In this document: piece by piece, positions 42,618 through 53,436 of the stretch
Layout of the letters: every line of letters begins with the position of its first letter
How positions within the stretch are numbered: the stretch's first letter is position 1
DNA from: an uncultured Mycoplasma sp.
Lineage (GTDB): Bacteria; Bacillota_I; Bacilli_A; RF39; UBA660
Direction: 5' to 3'
Length of the DNA stretch: 64,000 nucleotides
Assembly: GCA_964616405.1 (NCBI GenBank)
Contig: CAZTRE010000003.1
Span: 201-64,200 of the forward strand
The notes under the pieces: generated by a model
Databases searched by the model: none
Seen by the model: the letters and a program-made list of their open reading frames with translations, nothing else
What the model was told of the DNA's origin: nothing
Translations under genes and position numbers: made by a program

Positions 42618-43157
42618 ATGAACCGCCTAAAAGAGAAATACTTAAACGAAGTAGTTTCAAGTTTAATGAACAAATATAATTATAAGTCAGTAATGGAAGT
42701 TCCAAAATTAGAAAAGATTGTTATTAATATGGGAGTTGGAGATGCCACTGGAAATTCTAAGTTATTAGATGCTGCAGTAGCAGACTTAGCTTTAATCTCT
42801 GGTCAAAAGCCAGTAGTTACAAGAGCTAAAAAATCAATCGCTGGATTTAAAGTAAGAGAAGGTCAAGCAATTGGTTGTAAAGTTACTTTAAGAGGAGAAA
42901 ATATGTATAACTTCTTAGATAAGTTAATATCTATTTCTCTACCTCAAGTAAGAGACTTCCGTGGTGTTAGTCCAAAAGCTTTCGATGGCAGAGGAAATTA
43001 CACAATGGGATTAAAAGAACAATTAATCTTTTCAGAAATTAATTATGATGATGTTGTAAAAGTTCGCGGTATGGATATCGTATTCGTTACAACAGCAAAA
43101 ACAAATGAAGAATCATTCGACTTATTAAATGGACTTGGAATTCCTTTTAGAAAGTAA
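42618..43157 (+). CDS. rplE: 50S ribosomal protein L5
   Basis: Operon order; 179 aa. Confidence 0.9.
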   Translation: MNRLKEKYLNEVVSSLMNKYNYKSVMEVPKLEKIVINMGVGDATGNSKLLDAAVADLALISGQKPVVTRAKKSIAGFKVREGQAIGCKVTLRGENMYNFLDKLISISLPQVRDFRGVSPKAFDGRGNYTMGLKEQLIFSEINYDDVVKVRGMDIVFVTTAKTNEESFDLLNGLGIPFRK

Positions 43158-43171
43158 ATGGGAGGAATATT

Positions 43172-43357
43172 ATGGCAAAGAAAAGTATGATAGTAAAGGC
43201 TAATAGACCACAAAAATATAAAGTACGTGAATACACTAGATGTTCTAGATGTGGTCGTCCACACGCAGTTATGAGTAAATTCGGAATCTGCCGTATTTGC
43301 TTCCGTGAATTAGCTTATAAAGGACAAATACCAGGAATTAAAAAATCAAGTTGGTAA
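43172..43357 (+). CDS. rpsN: 30S ribosomal protein S14, zinc-binding short type
   Basis: 61 aa with [23 protein letters not shown] (C4 zinc ribbon). Confidence 0.9.
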   Translation: MAKKSMIVKANRPQKYKVREYTRCSRCGRPHAVMSKFGICRICFRELAYKGQIPGIKKSSW

Positions 43358-43377
43358 TTGGAAAGGAGGAGTTTATA

Positions 43378-43776
43378 ATGGCAGTAGTAACAGATACAAT
43401 TGCAGATATGTTAACACGTATTCGTAATGCTAATCAAATGCGTTATGAAGAAGTAACAGTTCCTGCTTCAAATGTAAAAAAAGAAATCGCAAAAATTCTA
43501 AAAGATGAAGGATTTATTAAAGATTACAAAATTGTTAGTGATAACGTTCAAGGAACTATCGTTCTAACTTTAAAATATAACAATAAAGAAAGAGTTATCA
43601 CTGGACTAAAAAGAATTTCCAAACCAGGGCTTCGTGTATATGCTAAAAATGATGAGATTCCAAAAGTATTAAACGGATTAGGAATTGCAATCATTTCTAC
43701 ATCAAAGGGAATTATGACAGACAAAGAAGCTCGTAAACAAAATATAGGTGGAGAAGTTCTAGCTTATATTTGGTAA
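43378..43776 (+). CDS. rpsH: 30S ribosomal protein S8
   Basis: Start refined to the ATG at 43378 after RBS aaaggagga; product [18 protein letters not shown]. Confidence 0.9.
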   Translation: MAVVTDTIADMLTRIRNANQMRYEEVTVPASNVKKEIAKILKDEGFIKDYKIVSDNVQGTIVLTLKYNNKERVITGLKRISKPGLRVYAKNDEIPKVLNGLGIAIISTSKGIMTDKEARKQNIGGEVLAYIW

Positions 43777-43845
43777 TAAAGACAAAGACAGTTTGAAACC
43801 CATGGTAACATGGTAAATTTAAAATGAGATATAGGAGGTGTCAAA

Positions 43846-44376
43846 ATGAGCCGTATTGGAAAACGTATAATTACAGTTCCAGAAGGAGTTACCGTTGAAT
43901 TAAGTAATAACATTGTAACAGTTAAGGGACCTAAAGGAGAATTAACTCAACCAATGTTAAAAGATATTACAATGAAACAAGAAGATAATCAAATTACTTT
44001 AGAACGTAAAAATGAAAACGCTAAAGCAATGCATGGAACAATGAATGCTTTAATTACAAATATGATTAAAGGTGTTAAAGATGGTTATTCAAAATCACTT
44101 GAAATCATTGGTGTTGGATACCGTTTTAACGTTCAAGGACAAAAATTAGTAATTAGTGCTGGTTATTCACATCCAGTAGAAATGCAAGTACCAGCAGGAT
44201 TAACAGTAGAAGCTAATGGAAATACTGAAATTACTGTAAAAGGAATTGATAAAGTATTAGTTGGTGAATTCGCTGCTAAAATCAGAGAAGTAAGACAACC
44301 TGAACCATATAAAGGTAAAGGAATTCGTTATAAAGACGAACATATCATTCGTAAAGAAGGAAAGAAAGCTGCTTAA
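43846..44376 (+). CDS. rplF: 50S ribosomal protein L6
   Basis: MSRIGKRIITVPEGV... Confidence 0.9.
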   Translation: MSRIGKRIITVPEGVTVELSNNIVTVKGPKGELTQPMLKDITMKQEDNQITLERKNENAKAMHGTMNALITNMIKGVKDGYSKSLEIIGVGYRFNVQGQKLVISAGYSHPVEMQVPAGLTVEANGNTEITVKGIDKVLVGEFAAKIREVRQPEPYKGKGIRYKDEHIIRKEGKKAA

Positions 44377-44398
44377 TCAGTAGGAAGGGAGAAATAAA

Positions 44399-44761
44399 AT
44401 GATAAAAAAAGAATCTCGTAATAGTATGCGTAAAGTACGTCATGAAAGAATTCGTAAGACAATCATGGGAACAAGCGCAACTCCAAGATTATGTGTATTC
44501 CGTTCAAATACAGGAATTTACGCACAAATCATTGATGACGAAACTAAAACTACTCTTGTATCTGCTTCCTCATTAGATAAAGACTTAAAAATTGAAAATG
44601 GAAGTAATGTAGAAGCAGCTAAAGTTGTTGGAAAAGCAATAGCTGAAAAAGCAACAAAAGCAAAAATTACAAAAGTGGTATTTGATAGAGGGGGATACCT
44701 TTATCATGGACGTGTAAAAGCTTTAGCTGAAGCTGCACGTGAAAACGGACTAGAAATCTAA
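44399..44761 (+). CDS. rplR: 50S ribosomal protein L18
   Basis: Operon order; 120 aa. Confidence 0.9.
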   Translation: MIKKESRNSMRKVRHERIRKTIMGTSATPRLCVFRSNTGIYAQIIDDETKTTLVSASSLDKDLKIENGSNVEAAKVVGKAIAEKATKAKITKVVFDRGGYLYHGRVKALAEAARENGLEI

Positions 44762-44773
44762 TAGGAGGGTATT

Positions 44774-45283
44774 ATGCAAAAGAGAACTCAAGAGCCTAAA
44801 GAGAAACTTTTAGAAGAATTAGTAATTGACGTAAAGAGCGTTGTTAAAGTAAACAAAGGTGGACGTCAAAGAAGATATTCTGCTATAGTTGTAGTAGGTG
44901 ACCGTAAAGGTAAAGTTGGATTAGGTATCGGAAAAGCAAACGAAGTACCTGATGCAATTAAAAAGGCAATTCAAGATGCAAATAAAAAATTAATCACAAT
45001 ACCTCTAATCGACGGAAGAACAATTGCTCATGAAGCAATCGGACGCGCTGGAGCTGCTAGAGTAATCATCAAACCAGCTGCTGCTGGTACTGGTGTAATC
45101 GCTGGTGGATCAGTTCGTGCAATCTTAGAATTAGCAGGAATTCGTGACGTTGTCTCTAAATCACTAGGAGCAAGAACAAAATTAAATATGGCGACTGCAG
45201 CATTAAATGCACTAAAGTCTATTAAGACTGCAGAACAAGTTGCAGAACTTCGCGGAAAAACAGTAGAGGAGATATTAGGATAA
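44774..45283 (+). CDS. rpsE: 30S ribosomal protein S5
   Basis: Operon order; 169 aa. Confidence 0.9.
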   Translation: MQKRTQEPKEKLLEELVIDVKSVVKVNKGGRQRRYSAIVVVGDRKGKVGLGIGKANEVPDAIKKAIQDANKKLITIPLIDGRTIAHEAIGRAGAARVIIKPAAAGTGVIAGGSVRAILELAGIRDVVSKSLGARTKLNMATAALNALKSIKTAEQVAELRGKTVEEILG

Positions 45284-45726
45284 TGAAATTACATGAATTA
45301 GAAAAAAATATCGGTGCTACTCAAGCAAAAAAACGTGTAGGACGTGGATCAGGTAGTGGTCTTGGTAAAACAAGTGGTCGCGGACAAAAAGGACAAAAAG
45401 CACGTAGTGGAGCAAGTATTAATCCAGTATTTGAAGGTGGACAATTACCATTATATAGAAGAATTCCAAAAAGAGGATTCTCAAATCACATGTTTAAGAC
45501 AACTTATGCTGTTATAAACATAGAACAATTAAACATATTTGAAGATGGTACAGTAGTAACTCCTGCACTATTAAGAGAAACAGGAATTATTAAAAATCAA
45601 CTAGATGGAATTAAAGTATTAGGTAATGGAAAGTTAGAAAAGAAACTAACTATCCAAGCTAATAAATTCTCAACTAGTGCCTTAGAAAAGATTAAAGAGT
45701 CAGGTAGCAAAGCTGAGGTGATCTAG
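45283..45726 (+). CDS. rplO: 50S ribosomal protein L15 (directly after rpsE; no rpmD/L30 gene present)
   Basis: Start overlaps the rpsE stop (taATGa). No intervening ORF for L30. Confidence 0.9.
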   Translation: MKLHELEKNIGATQAKKRVGRGSGSGLGKTSGRGQKGQKARSGASINPVFEGGQLPLYRRIPKRGFSNHMFKTTYAVINIEQLNIFEDGTVVTPALLRETGIIKNQLDGIKVLGNGKLEKKLTIQANKFSTSALEKIKESGSKAEVI

Positions 45727-45727
45727 T

Positions 45728-46999
45728 ATGTTTAAAACTATGAAGCAATTATTTACTTCAACGAATAAAGATTTACGTCATAGAATATATTTTACTCTTG
45801 GAGCATTAATGATCTTCATATTAGGAATCTCTATCAAGGTTCCAGGAACAAAGGATATCACTAGCAGCCTTGGATTCTTAGAATTAATCAATACCATGGG
45901 TGGAGGAGCTTTAAAGAATTTCTCAATATTTGCCCTAGGTGTTGCACCATACATCACAGCATCAATTATTATGCAATTACTACAAATGGATATAATTCCA
46001 TATTTTGCTGAATTAAGTAAGCAAGGACCAACCGGGCGTCAAAAGTTAAATCAAATAACTAGATACGTAGGTATAGCATTTGCTTTCATTGAAGGATATG
46101 CTTTTGCCTTTGCCTTCTTAGGAAATAGCGCCAGCCCAGTTGAATACTTATATATTTCTACAGTATTAACTGCAGGTACTGCTTTCTTATTATGGTTAGG
46201 GGATCAAATAACACAAAAAGGAATTGGAAATGGTATAAGCCTATTAATTATGGCTGGTATCATTGCTACCCTTCCTCAAATGTTTATCGATGCTTTCAAT
46301 AGCTTAATAGTATTTGAAGGAGCAGCCCAAGTAATTGCTTTAGGAATAATAAAATTCTTATTATTCGTATTAGTATATTTTGCTATCGTAATCGGTGTAA
46401 TATTCGTTCAAGAATCTGAAAGAAGAATACCAATTCAATATGCAAATAAATCAACAAATGCATATGGAAGTGCAGCACAAAGTTTTATGCCAATCAAAAT
46501 TAATACCGCAGGAGTAATTCCCGTAATCTTTGCATCAAGTTTATTATCAATACCAACTATTCTTGCACAAGTTATTAAAAATGATACATTTACTTTAATT
46601 GCACAAAAATATTTAGATTATACAACTCCGGTAGGATTCCTACTATATGTTATATTTATCTTCTTCTTTGCATACTTCTATACTTTTATACAAGTAAAGC
46701 CAGAAGAATTTTCAAAGAACCTACAAGATAATGGAGGATATATTCCTGGAATAAGACCTGGAGATGAGACAAAGAAGTTCATAAGTAAAGTGTTATCTAG
46801 ACTAACAGTTTTAGGAGCATTTTTCTTAGTAGTAATCGCTGGATTACCAATCGTGTTCTCAAAGTTTACAAGTTTACCTACATCAGTATCAATTGGTGGT
46901 ACAGGATTATTAATTGTAGTAGGAGTTGCCCTTGAAACATACAAGCAACTAGAAGGAAGCTTACTATCTAGAAGTTATAAAAGAGGATATAGAAGGTAA
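45728..46999 (+). CDS. secY: preprotein translocase subunit SecY
   Basis: 423 aa, 10 TM, in the conserved position. Confidence 0.95.
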   Translation: MFKTMKQLFTSTNKDLRHRIYFTLGALMIFILGISIKVPGTKDITSSLGFLELINTMGGGALKNFSIFALGVAPYITASIIMQLLQMDIIPYFAELSKQGPTGRQKLNQITRYVGIAFAFIEGYAFAFAFLGNSASPVEYLYISTVLTAGTAFLLWLGDQITQKGIGNGISLLIMAGIIATLPQMFIDAFNSLIVFEGAAQVIALGIIKFLLFVLVYFAIVIGVIFVQESERRIPIQYANKSTNAYGSAAQSFMPIKINTAGVIPVIFASSLLSIPTILAQVIKNDTFTLIAQKYLDYTTPVGFLLYVIFIFFFAYFYTFIQVKPEEFSKNLQDNGGYIPGIRPGDETKKFISKVLSRLTVLGAFFLVVIAGLPIVFSKFTSLPTSVSIGGTGLLIVVGVALETYKQLEGSLLSRSYKRGYRR

Positions 47000-47002
47000 T
47001 TT

Positions 47003-47659
47003 ATGAAAAATATTATGTTTATAGCACCACCTGCTGCTGGAAAAGGAACTCAAGCAGAGTTAATAACTGCAAAATATAATCTTCCACATATATCTACAGG
47101 TGATATCTTAAGAGAAATTGCTAAAGAAGATAGTGAAATTGGAAATTATGTTGCAGAAACATTAGCGAGTGGTCAATTAGTAAAAGATGACATTACATAT
47201 CAATTAATCGAAGAACGTCTTTCACGAGATGATTGTAAAAATGGATATATTATTGATGGTTTTCCAAGAAATTTGGACCAAGCTATTGAATATGATAAAA
47301 TTCTTGCAAAACTAGGTTATGATGTGGGTAATGTAATTTTACTTAACATAGAAGAAAAAACACTTGAAAAGAGAATAACAGGGAGAAGAGTTTGTGAAGA
47401 TTGTCATACAATTTTTAATATAAATGATCCAGACAATACTCCACAAGTTGAATCAGTGTGCGATAATTGTGGCGGTAGGTTATATCAAAGAAATGATGAT
47501 AACTTAGAGGCTTTTCAAACAAGATATGCAATGTATCTTGAAAAGACAGAACCAATTATTGAACATTATAAAAAACAACAAGTATTACATGAAATCAATG
47601 GGGATGACACTATTGAGAACATATTTAAACAAATTGACGAAATTATTAGCAAAAACTAA
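47003..47659 (+). CDS. adk: adenylate kinase (with zinc-binding lid, CxxC...CxxC)
   Basis: P-loop GPPAAGKGTQ and a CEDC...CDNCGG lid. Confidence 0.95.
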   Translation: MKNIMFIAPPAAGKGTQAELITAKYNLPHISTGDILREIAKEDSEIGNYVAETLASGQLVKDDITYQLIEERLSRDDCKNGYIIDGFPRNLDQAIEYDKILAKLGYDVGNVILLNIEEKTLEKRITGRRVCEDCHTIFNINDPDNTPQVESVCDNCGGRLYQRNDDNLEAFQTRYAMYLEKTEPIIEHYKKQQVLHEINGDDTIENIFKQIDEIISKN

Positions 47660-47674
47660 TGAGGGGATGATTAG

Positions 47675-48427
47675 ATGATTACAATTAAAAGTAAACGTGA
47701 AATTGAACTTCTAAAGGTTGCTGGTAATATTGTCTATCAAACACATAAGTATCTAGAACCATACATAAAAGAAGGTATTAAGACTATTGAGTTAGATAAG
47801 TTAGCAGAAAAATTCATTAGAAGTAAAGATGCTACACCTTCTTTTAAGGGATACGAAGGTTTCCCAACTGCTCTATGTATTAGTGTAAACTCTGAAGTAG
47901 TTCATGGGTTTCCTAGTGAAAGAGTATTAAAAAATGGTGATATAGTATCTATAGATATCGGAGCTTGCTATAAAGGATATCATGGTGATTCTGCTTGGAC
48001 CTATAAAGTAGGAGAAGTAGATGAAGAGAAAAAGTTCTTATTAGAACATACAGAAAAATCTCTATATGTTGGCCTAGAACAAGTTAAACCAGGCAACAGA
48101 ATAGGCGACATTGGCTATGCTATAGAAAAATACGCCGAAGACCATAACTTAGGCGTGGTCAAAGAACTTTGTGGACATGGTGTAGGAACCTCAGTGCATG
48201 AAGATCCAGAGGTTCCAAATTATGGAATACCAAATACGGGTTCAAGATTAAAAGAAGGAATGGTTATTGCCGTAGAACCAATGTTAACTTTAGGTAGTCC
48301 GAGAATTTACGTTCATGATAATGATTGGACAATAGATACCAAAGACGGTCGTCCATCAGCTCATTTCGAACATACAGTAGTAGTAACTGCCGATGGATAT
48401 GAAATCTTGACAGGGACAGGAGAGTGA
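47675..48427 (+). CDS. map: methionine aminopeptidase type I
   Basis: 250 aa with MetAP metal ligands (D, D, H, E, E). Confidence 0.9.
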   Translation: MITIKSKREIELLKVAGNIVYQTHKYLEPYIKEGIKTIELDKLAEKFIRSKDATPSFKGYEGFPTALCISVNSEVVHGFPSERVLKNGDIVSIDIGACYKGYHGDSAWTYKVGEVDEEKKFLLEHTEKSLYVGLEQVKPGNRIGDIGYAIEKYAEDHNLGVVKELCGHGVGTSVHEDPEVPNYGIPNTGSRLKEGMVIAVEPMLTLGSPRIYVHDNDWTIDTKDGRPSAHFEHTVVVTADGYEILTGTGE

Positions 48428-48431
48428 AAAG

Positions 48432-48647
48432 ATGGCTAAAGAAGATACAATTGAAATTGAAGGTAAAGTTCTTGAAATAATCCCAGGTGGGAAATTCAAA
48501 GTTCAACTAGAAAATGGACACATTGTGGAGGCTCACGTTTCTGGTAAAATACGAATGAACTATATTCGCATCTTAGCAGGAGATACCGTAATGATAGAAC
48601 TATCGCCTTATGACTTAACACGTGGGCGTATTACCTATCGTAAATAA
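48432..48647 (+). CDS. infA: translation initiation factor IF-1
   Basis: 71 aa S1-like domain; [13 protein letters not shown]... Confidence 0.9.
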   Translation: MAKEDTIEIEGKVLEIIPGGKFKVQLENGHIVEAHVSGKIRMNYIRILAGDTVMIELSPYDLTRGRITYRK

Positions 48648-48662
48648 TAGGAGGGAATAAAA

Positions 48663-48776
48663 ATGAAAGTAAAAGCATCAGTTAAACCAATTTGCGAAAA
48701 ATGTAAAATCGTTAAGCGCAAAGGAAAAATAAGAGTAATTTGTGAAAATCCAAAACACAAACAAGTTCAAGGTTAA
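48663..48776 (+). CDS. rpmJ: 50S ribosomal protein L36
   Basis: 37-aa [40 protein letters not shown] (C3H zinc ribbon) with RBS aggaggga upstream. Absent from the ORF track because it is under 60 aa. Confidence 0.9.
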   Translation: MKVKASVKPICEKCKIVKRKGKIRVICENPKHKQVQG

Positions 48777-48793
48777 AATAGGAGGTGTAATAA

Positions 48794-49162
48794 ATGGCAC
48801 GTATAAAAGGAGTAGACATTCCAAATGACAAACATATATGTATTTCATTAACATATATTTATGGAATCGGAAGAAGTCTAGCAAAACAAATTTTAAAGGA
48901 AGTAAATATTGATCCAACAACTAAGACTAAAGATTTATCTCAAGATGACTTAATCGCAATTCGTGACGAAATCAACAAACATTTAACTGAAGGTGATTTA
49001 CGTCGTGAAGTAAGTATGAATATCAAAACAAAGATGGAAATCAATTCATACGAGGGAACACGTCATAAAAAAGGATTACCTGTAAGAGGACAAAGAACTA
49101 ATCGTAATGCTCGTACTCGTAAGGGTAAAGGAAAAACTGTAGCAAATAAGAAAAAGGTTTAG
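48794..49162 (+). CDS. rpsM: 30S ribosomal protein S13
   Basis: [14 protein letters not shown]... Confidence 0.9.
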   Translation: MARIKGVDIPNDKHICISLTYIYGIGRSLAKQILKEVNIDPTTKTKDLSQDDLIAIRDEINKHLTEGDLRREVSMNIKTKMEINSYEGTRHKKGLPVRGQRTNRNARTRKGKGKTVANKKKV

Positions 49163-49193
49163 TTAGAAGATAAATTAAAAGGAGGTAAGACTT

Positions 49194-49577
49194 ATGGCTT
49201 ATAAGACAAGAAAGAAAAAAGTAAAAAAGAATGTTCCAGAAGGAATTGCTCATGTTCATTCAACATTTAATAATACAATTACAACAATTACAGATAAAGA
49301 TGGTAATGTAATAAGCTGGGCATCATCTGGTGCAATAGGTTTCAAAGGAAGTAAGAAATCAACTCCATTCGCTGCCGGAATGGCTGCAGAAGCTGCTGGA
49401 AAAGTAGCATTTGACATGGGAATGCGTAAGGTTGAAGTTCGTGTTAAAGGTTTAGGACCTGGACGTGAAACAGCAATTCGTTCATTACAAACTGCAGGGT
49501 TAGAAGTAACAGCAATCGCTGATGTTACACCAATTCCACATAATGGATGCCGTCCACCAAAACGTCCACGTGGATAA
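49194..49577 (+). CDS. rpsK: 30S ribosomal protein S11
   Basis: Operon order; 127 aa. Confidence 0.9.
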   Translation: MAYKTRKKKVKKNVPEGIAHVHSTFNNTITTITDKDGNVISWASSGAIGFKGSKKSTPFAAGMAAEAAGKVAFDMGMRKVEVRVKGLGPGRETAIRSLQTAGLEVTAIADVTPIPHNGCRPPKRPRG

Positions 49578-49618
49578 TTATAAAATAGTTTGTTAAAAAG
49601 TAAAGGGAGGTTAGTTTC

Positions 49619-50569
49619 ATGTTACAATTTGAAAAACCAATTTATAAAATAACTGATTCAATAGAAAGTAATTTCTATGGAAGATTTGAATTAGAACCAT
49701 TAGAAAGAGGATTCGGTACTACAATCGGTAATGCCTTAAGAAGAGTAATGTTATCATCATTACCTGGAAGTGCAATTAGTAGTGTTAAAATTGAAGGCGT
49801 TCTTCATGAATTCCAAACAATTGACGGAGTATATGAAGATGTAACTACTATCATTTTAAACTTAAAAGGTGTAGTATTTAAAAATCATTCAAATGAAACA
49901 AAAACAGTACGTATCAATGTTTCAAGAGAAGGAGAAGTAACAGCTGCAGATATAGAATGCGATGCTGATGTTGAAGTTATTAACAAAGATAAAGTTATCG
50001 CAACACTATCAAAAGATGCTTCATTAAATATGGAAATGACTGTAACAAATGGTCGTGGATATGTAAGAAGTGAAGATAACAAGAAGATTCATGATATTAA
50101 AAAAGCTGGAGTTATAGCTATTGACTCATTATATTCTCCAATTGAAAGAGTATCTTACGAAGTAGGAAACGCTCGTGTAGGACAAGATGAAAGTTATGAC
50201 AAATTAATTTTAGATGTATGGACAAATGGTTCAATCAAACCAGAAGAAGCAATTGCCTTAGCATCAAGAATTTTAATTGAACATTTCACTATTCTTACAG
50301 ATTTATCATCAATCGCAGATGTAAGTGGAATGATGATTGAAAAGACTGAAGATCCAAAAGTTAAAGCTTTAGAAACTTCAATCGAAGATTTAGACTTTTC
50401 TGTAAGAGCATATAACTGCTTAAAGAGAGCTGGAATTCATACTTTACAAGACCTTGTTAACAAGAGCGAGTCTGATATGATGAAAATACGTAATTTAGGT
50501 AAAAAATCTCTAAAAGAAGTATTAGATAAAATTAGAGATATGGGTCTAATCTTACGTGATGATGACTAA
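49619..50569 (+). CDS. rpoA: DNA-directed RNA polymerase subunit alpha
   Basis: 316 aa with N-terminal dimerisation and C-terminal alpha-CTD domains. Confidence 0.95.
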   Translation: MLQFEKPIYKITDSIESNFYGRFELEPLERGFGTTIGNALRRVMLSSLPGSAISSVKIEGVLHEFQTIDGVYEDVTTIILNLKGVVFKNHSNETKTVRINVSREGEVTAADIECDADVEVINKDKVIATLSKDASLNMEMTVTNGRGYVRSEDNKKIHDIKKAGVIAIDSLYSPIERVSYEVGNARVGQDESYDKLILDVWTNGSIKPEEAIALASRILIEHFTILTDLSSIADVSGMMIEKTEDPKVKALETSIEDLDFSVRAYNCLKRAGIHTLQDLVNKSESDMMKIRNLGKKSLKEVLDKIRDMGLILRDDD

Positions 50570-50588
50570 AATATAAGGAGGAATAACT

Positions 50589-50942
50589 ATGGCATATAGA
50601 AAATTAGGAAGAGATAATAAACATAGAAGAAGTATGCTTGCTACATTGACTAAACAATTAGTTGAAAATGAAAGTATTACTACTACTGAAACTAGAGCCA
50701 AAGAAGTTCGTAAGTTCGTTGAAAAAATGATTACTTACGGAAAAAAAGGAGACTTAGTTTCTCGCCGTAAAGCATTAGCATTCTTACATAATGATAAGGC
50801 TGTTGTTGATAAAATATTCAATGATTTAGCTAAACGTTATGAAAACCGTAATGGTGGATATACACAAATTTTAAAATTAGCAGAAAGACGCGGAGACGAT
50901 GCTTTAATGGTTATTTTAAAATTAGTTGACGAAGCTAACTAG
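50589..50942 (+). CDS. rplQ: 50S ribosomal protein L17
   Basis: Operon order; 117 aa. Confidence 0.9.
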   Translation: MAYRKLGRDNKHRRSMLATLTKQLVENESITTTETRAKEVRKFVEKMITYGKKGDLVSRRKALAFLHNDKAVVDKIFNDLAKRYENRNGGYTQILKLAERRGDDALMVILKLVDEAN

Positions 50943-50954
50943 AAACAAGTAAGT

Positions 50955-50980
50955 AGACAGAGCAATCTGTCTTTTCTTTT
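50955..50980 (+). terminator. intrinsic terminator after rplQ
   Basis: agacag-agcaat-ctgtct hairpin followed by tttctttt. Confidence 0.65.
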
Positions 50981-51071
50981 GTATTAAATTATTATATAAT
51001 ATACAAGAGGAACCAAAAGTATTCTAAAATTTTAGATACTTATTTAATAATATAAATTTAAGGAGGATTTT

Positions 51072-51824
51072 ATGAAAGCATTAATTACAGGAGCTTCATC
51101 AGGAATTGGTCTAGATATGGCTAGATATTTAGCCACAATGAAATATGAGCTAATATTAGTCGCTAGAGATAAGAAAAAATTAGAAATAATTCAGGAGTCT
51201 CTTCCAACTAAAGTTACAATTATTGTTGCTGATCTTTCTAATGAGCAAAAAGTAAAAGAGTTATATGTTTTACTAAAAAAAGAAAACATTGATATATTAA
51301 TCAACAATGCTGGATTTGGTGTATTTGGCGATTTCACAGAAACAGATTTAAGTAGAGAACTAGAAATGCTTGATACAAATATAAAAGCCCTACATATACT
51401 TACAAAATCATTCTTAAAGGATATGGAAAAAAATAATTTTGGTTACATTTTAAATGTTGCATCTTCTGCTGCGTTCCAACCAGGACCACTAATGGCTACT
51501 TACTATGCCACAAAATCATATGTTTATCAGTTAACAGAAGCTATTTATTATGAACAAAAGAAAAAAAGTTCTAATGTACATATTTCAGTACTATGTCCAG
51601 GCCCTGTAAATACTAACTTTAATAATGTCGCAGGCGTAAAATTTGGAGTAAAACCACTAAAAAGTAGTTATGTAGCTAAATATGCAATAGATTCAATGTT
51701 TAAAAATAAAATGTTAATTATACCAGGCTTCACTATGAAATGTGCAAAATTCTTTGGTAGATTCGTATCAGATAAATTCTTATTAAGAATGACTTATCGT
51801 ATTCAAAAAAAGAAAACAAAGTAA
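51072..51824 (+). CDS. SDR-family short-chain dehydrogenase/reductase
   Basis: TGASSGIG Rossmann motif, NNAG, and a YxxxK context (YYATKSY). Confidence 0.8.
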   Translation: MKALITGASSGIGLDMARYLATMKYELILVARDKKKLEIIQESLPTKVTIIVADLSNEQKVKELYVLLKKENIDILINNAGFGVFGDFTETDLSRELEMLDTNIKALHILTKSFLKDMEKNNFGYILNVASSAAFQPGPLMATYYATKSYVYQLTEAIYYEQKKKSSNVHISVLCPGPVNTNFNNVAGVKFGVKPLKSSYVAKYAIDSMFKNKMLIIPGFTMKCAKFFGRFVSDKFLLRMTYRIQKKKTK

Positions 51825-51850
51825 TCTAAATAGGGGGGAAAATTAGGATT

Positions 51851-52645
51851 ATGAATAATAATTGTATCGAAATAAAAAATCTAAATTATCAAAATATTTT
51901 TAATAATTTTAGTATCTGCTTTAAAAATAATAAATTTATAACTATCACAGGTCCCAATAATTGTGGTAAGACCACACTATTAAGAATTATTGATAGAAAA
52001 CTAAGTACTAATAATACAATTGTAGTTTATGAAAAAAAATTAGAAGATTATAAAATAACGGAATTAAATACAATTATTAAAACAGTTATTCCTTTAGAGA
52101 TAACTTTTACCCAATCTAGGATTGAAGATGAATTATATTATCAACTATCTGTAGATCTTTTAACAGAAGAAAAGAAAAAAAGATTAAAACTAATTATCAA
52201 AAGATTTAAGTTAACAAAGTTATTAAACAAACAACATAAAGAGCTTACTATGGATGAAATAGTTAGAGTTCAGTTAGCCTTAGCGATAATTAACTCCCCA
52301 AAAATACTTTTATTAGATGATTTAAACAAGTATTTTAATAAAAATGATTTATTAGAGATAATTTCCACTTTAAAAACTATTAGCAAAGAAGATAAGCTAA
52401 CAATTATAATGGCCACTACAAATCTTGAGTGTTCTATTAATACAGATTACATTTATGTTATAAATAATAGTGAAGTTATTTTAGAGGGAGAGCCACTAAG
52501 CGTTTTAGAAAAAGATAATATTTTAAATAAAGTGGGTTTAGAATTACCATTTATGGTGGACTTATCCGTAAAGTTACGTGACTATGATCTAATCAAGCAA
52601 TTAGAACTTGATATGGAAAGGATGGCGGATATTTTATGGAACTAA
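51851..52645 (+). CDS. EcfA-like ABC ATPase with degenerate catalytic motifs
   Basis: Walker A GPNNCGKTT is intact. The signature is LTMDEIVRVQLALAI (no LSGGQ), Walker B is LLLDD (no catalytic Glu), and there is no H-loop His. The C-terminal helix LELPFMVDL resembles the EcfA coupling helix. Confidence 0.55.
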   Translation: MNNNCIEIKNLNYQNIFNNFSICFKNNKFITITGPNNCGKTTLLRIIDRKLSTNNTIVVYEKKLEDYKITELNTIIKTVIPLEITFTQSRIEDELYYQLSVDLLTEEKKKRLKLIIKRFKLTKLLNKQHKELTMDEIVRVQLALAIINSPKILLLDDLNKYFNKNDLLEIISTLKTISKEDKLTIIMATTNLECSINTDYIYVINNSEVILEGEPLSVLEKDNILNKVGLELPFMVDLSVKLRDYDLIKQLELDMERMADILWN

Positions 52646-53421
52646 AGTTTATAAATTACGCTTACAAGGACAAAAAGCTTAATTTTAAAATTCATAAAGG
52701 GATAATCACAGGTATAACAGGTATCAAAACAAATGAAATAGTTGATTTAGTAGCCCTAAAATACCCAAATACTAACCAAGTATTAGTAGATAACGTAAAA
52801 ATTAATAAGGAAAATATTTTTGAATACAGGCGCCGTATTTCCATAATAGATAAAATTCTTTTAACCCCAGAACCAATTGTATTAGATTTAATGATCTCAC
52901 ATATAAAAACACATAATTTATCAATTAAAGATCCCATAAAAAAAATAAGGGATTCTTTGAAAATAGTAGACCTTCCAGAAAATATTTTATCAAAAGAAAT
53001 ATATCTTCTTTCTGCATCTGAGAAAAAACTTCTTCAACTGGCTATCGCACTTTTATCCAATCCTAGTTTATTAATTTTAGAGGAGCCATTTAAGGATTTA
53101 GATAAACATAATGAAAAGAAAGCAATAATGCTTCTTCAAAGATTAAAAGATCAATTTCACAAGACAATTGTTATTGCATCAGCAGATAGTAATATTTTGT
53201 ATAAATATACAACAGAAATGATTTTTATGAAAAATGATGCAGTTTTTCTAACTGGACCCACTAACGAAGTATATCTAAGAGTCGATCTCTTAAAAAGAAA
53301 TAAATTTGATATTCCCGATATTGTGGAATTTACCTATCTTGCCAAAAAGAAAAAGAGTGTCAGAATAGATTACCATAAAGATGTTAGGGATATTATAAAA
53401 GATATTTATAAGCATATTTAA
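52636..53421 (+). CDS. EcfA'-like ABC ATPase with degenerate Walker A and signature motifs
   Basis: The Walker A region GITGIKTNE is one residue short and lacks GK[ST]. The signature is LSASEKKLLQLAIAL, Walker B LLILEEP, and the H-loop region is ASADSN (no His). Confidence 0.5.
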   Translation: MELKFINYAYKDKKLNFKIHKGIITGITGIKTNEIVDLVALKYPNTNQVLVDNVKINKENIFEYRRRISIIDKILLTPEPIVLDLMISHIKTHNLSIKDPIKKIRDSLKIVDLPENILSKEIYLLSASEKKLLQLAIALLSNPSLLILEEPFKDLDKHNEKKAIMLLQRLKDQFHKTIVIASADSNILYKYTTEMIFMKNDAVFLTGPTNEVYLRVDLLKRNKFDIPDIVEFTYLAKKKKSVRIDYHKDVRDIIKDIYKHI

Positions 53422-53436
53422 AAGGGGAGATGTATA

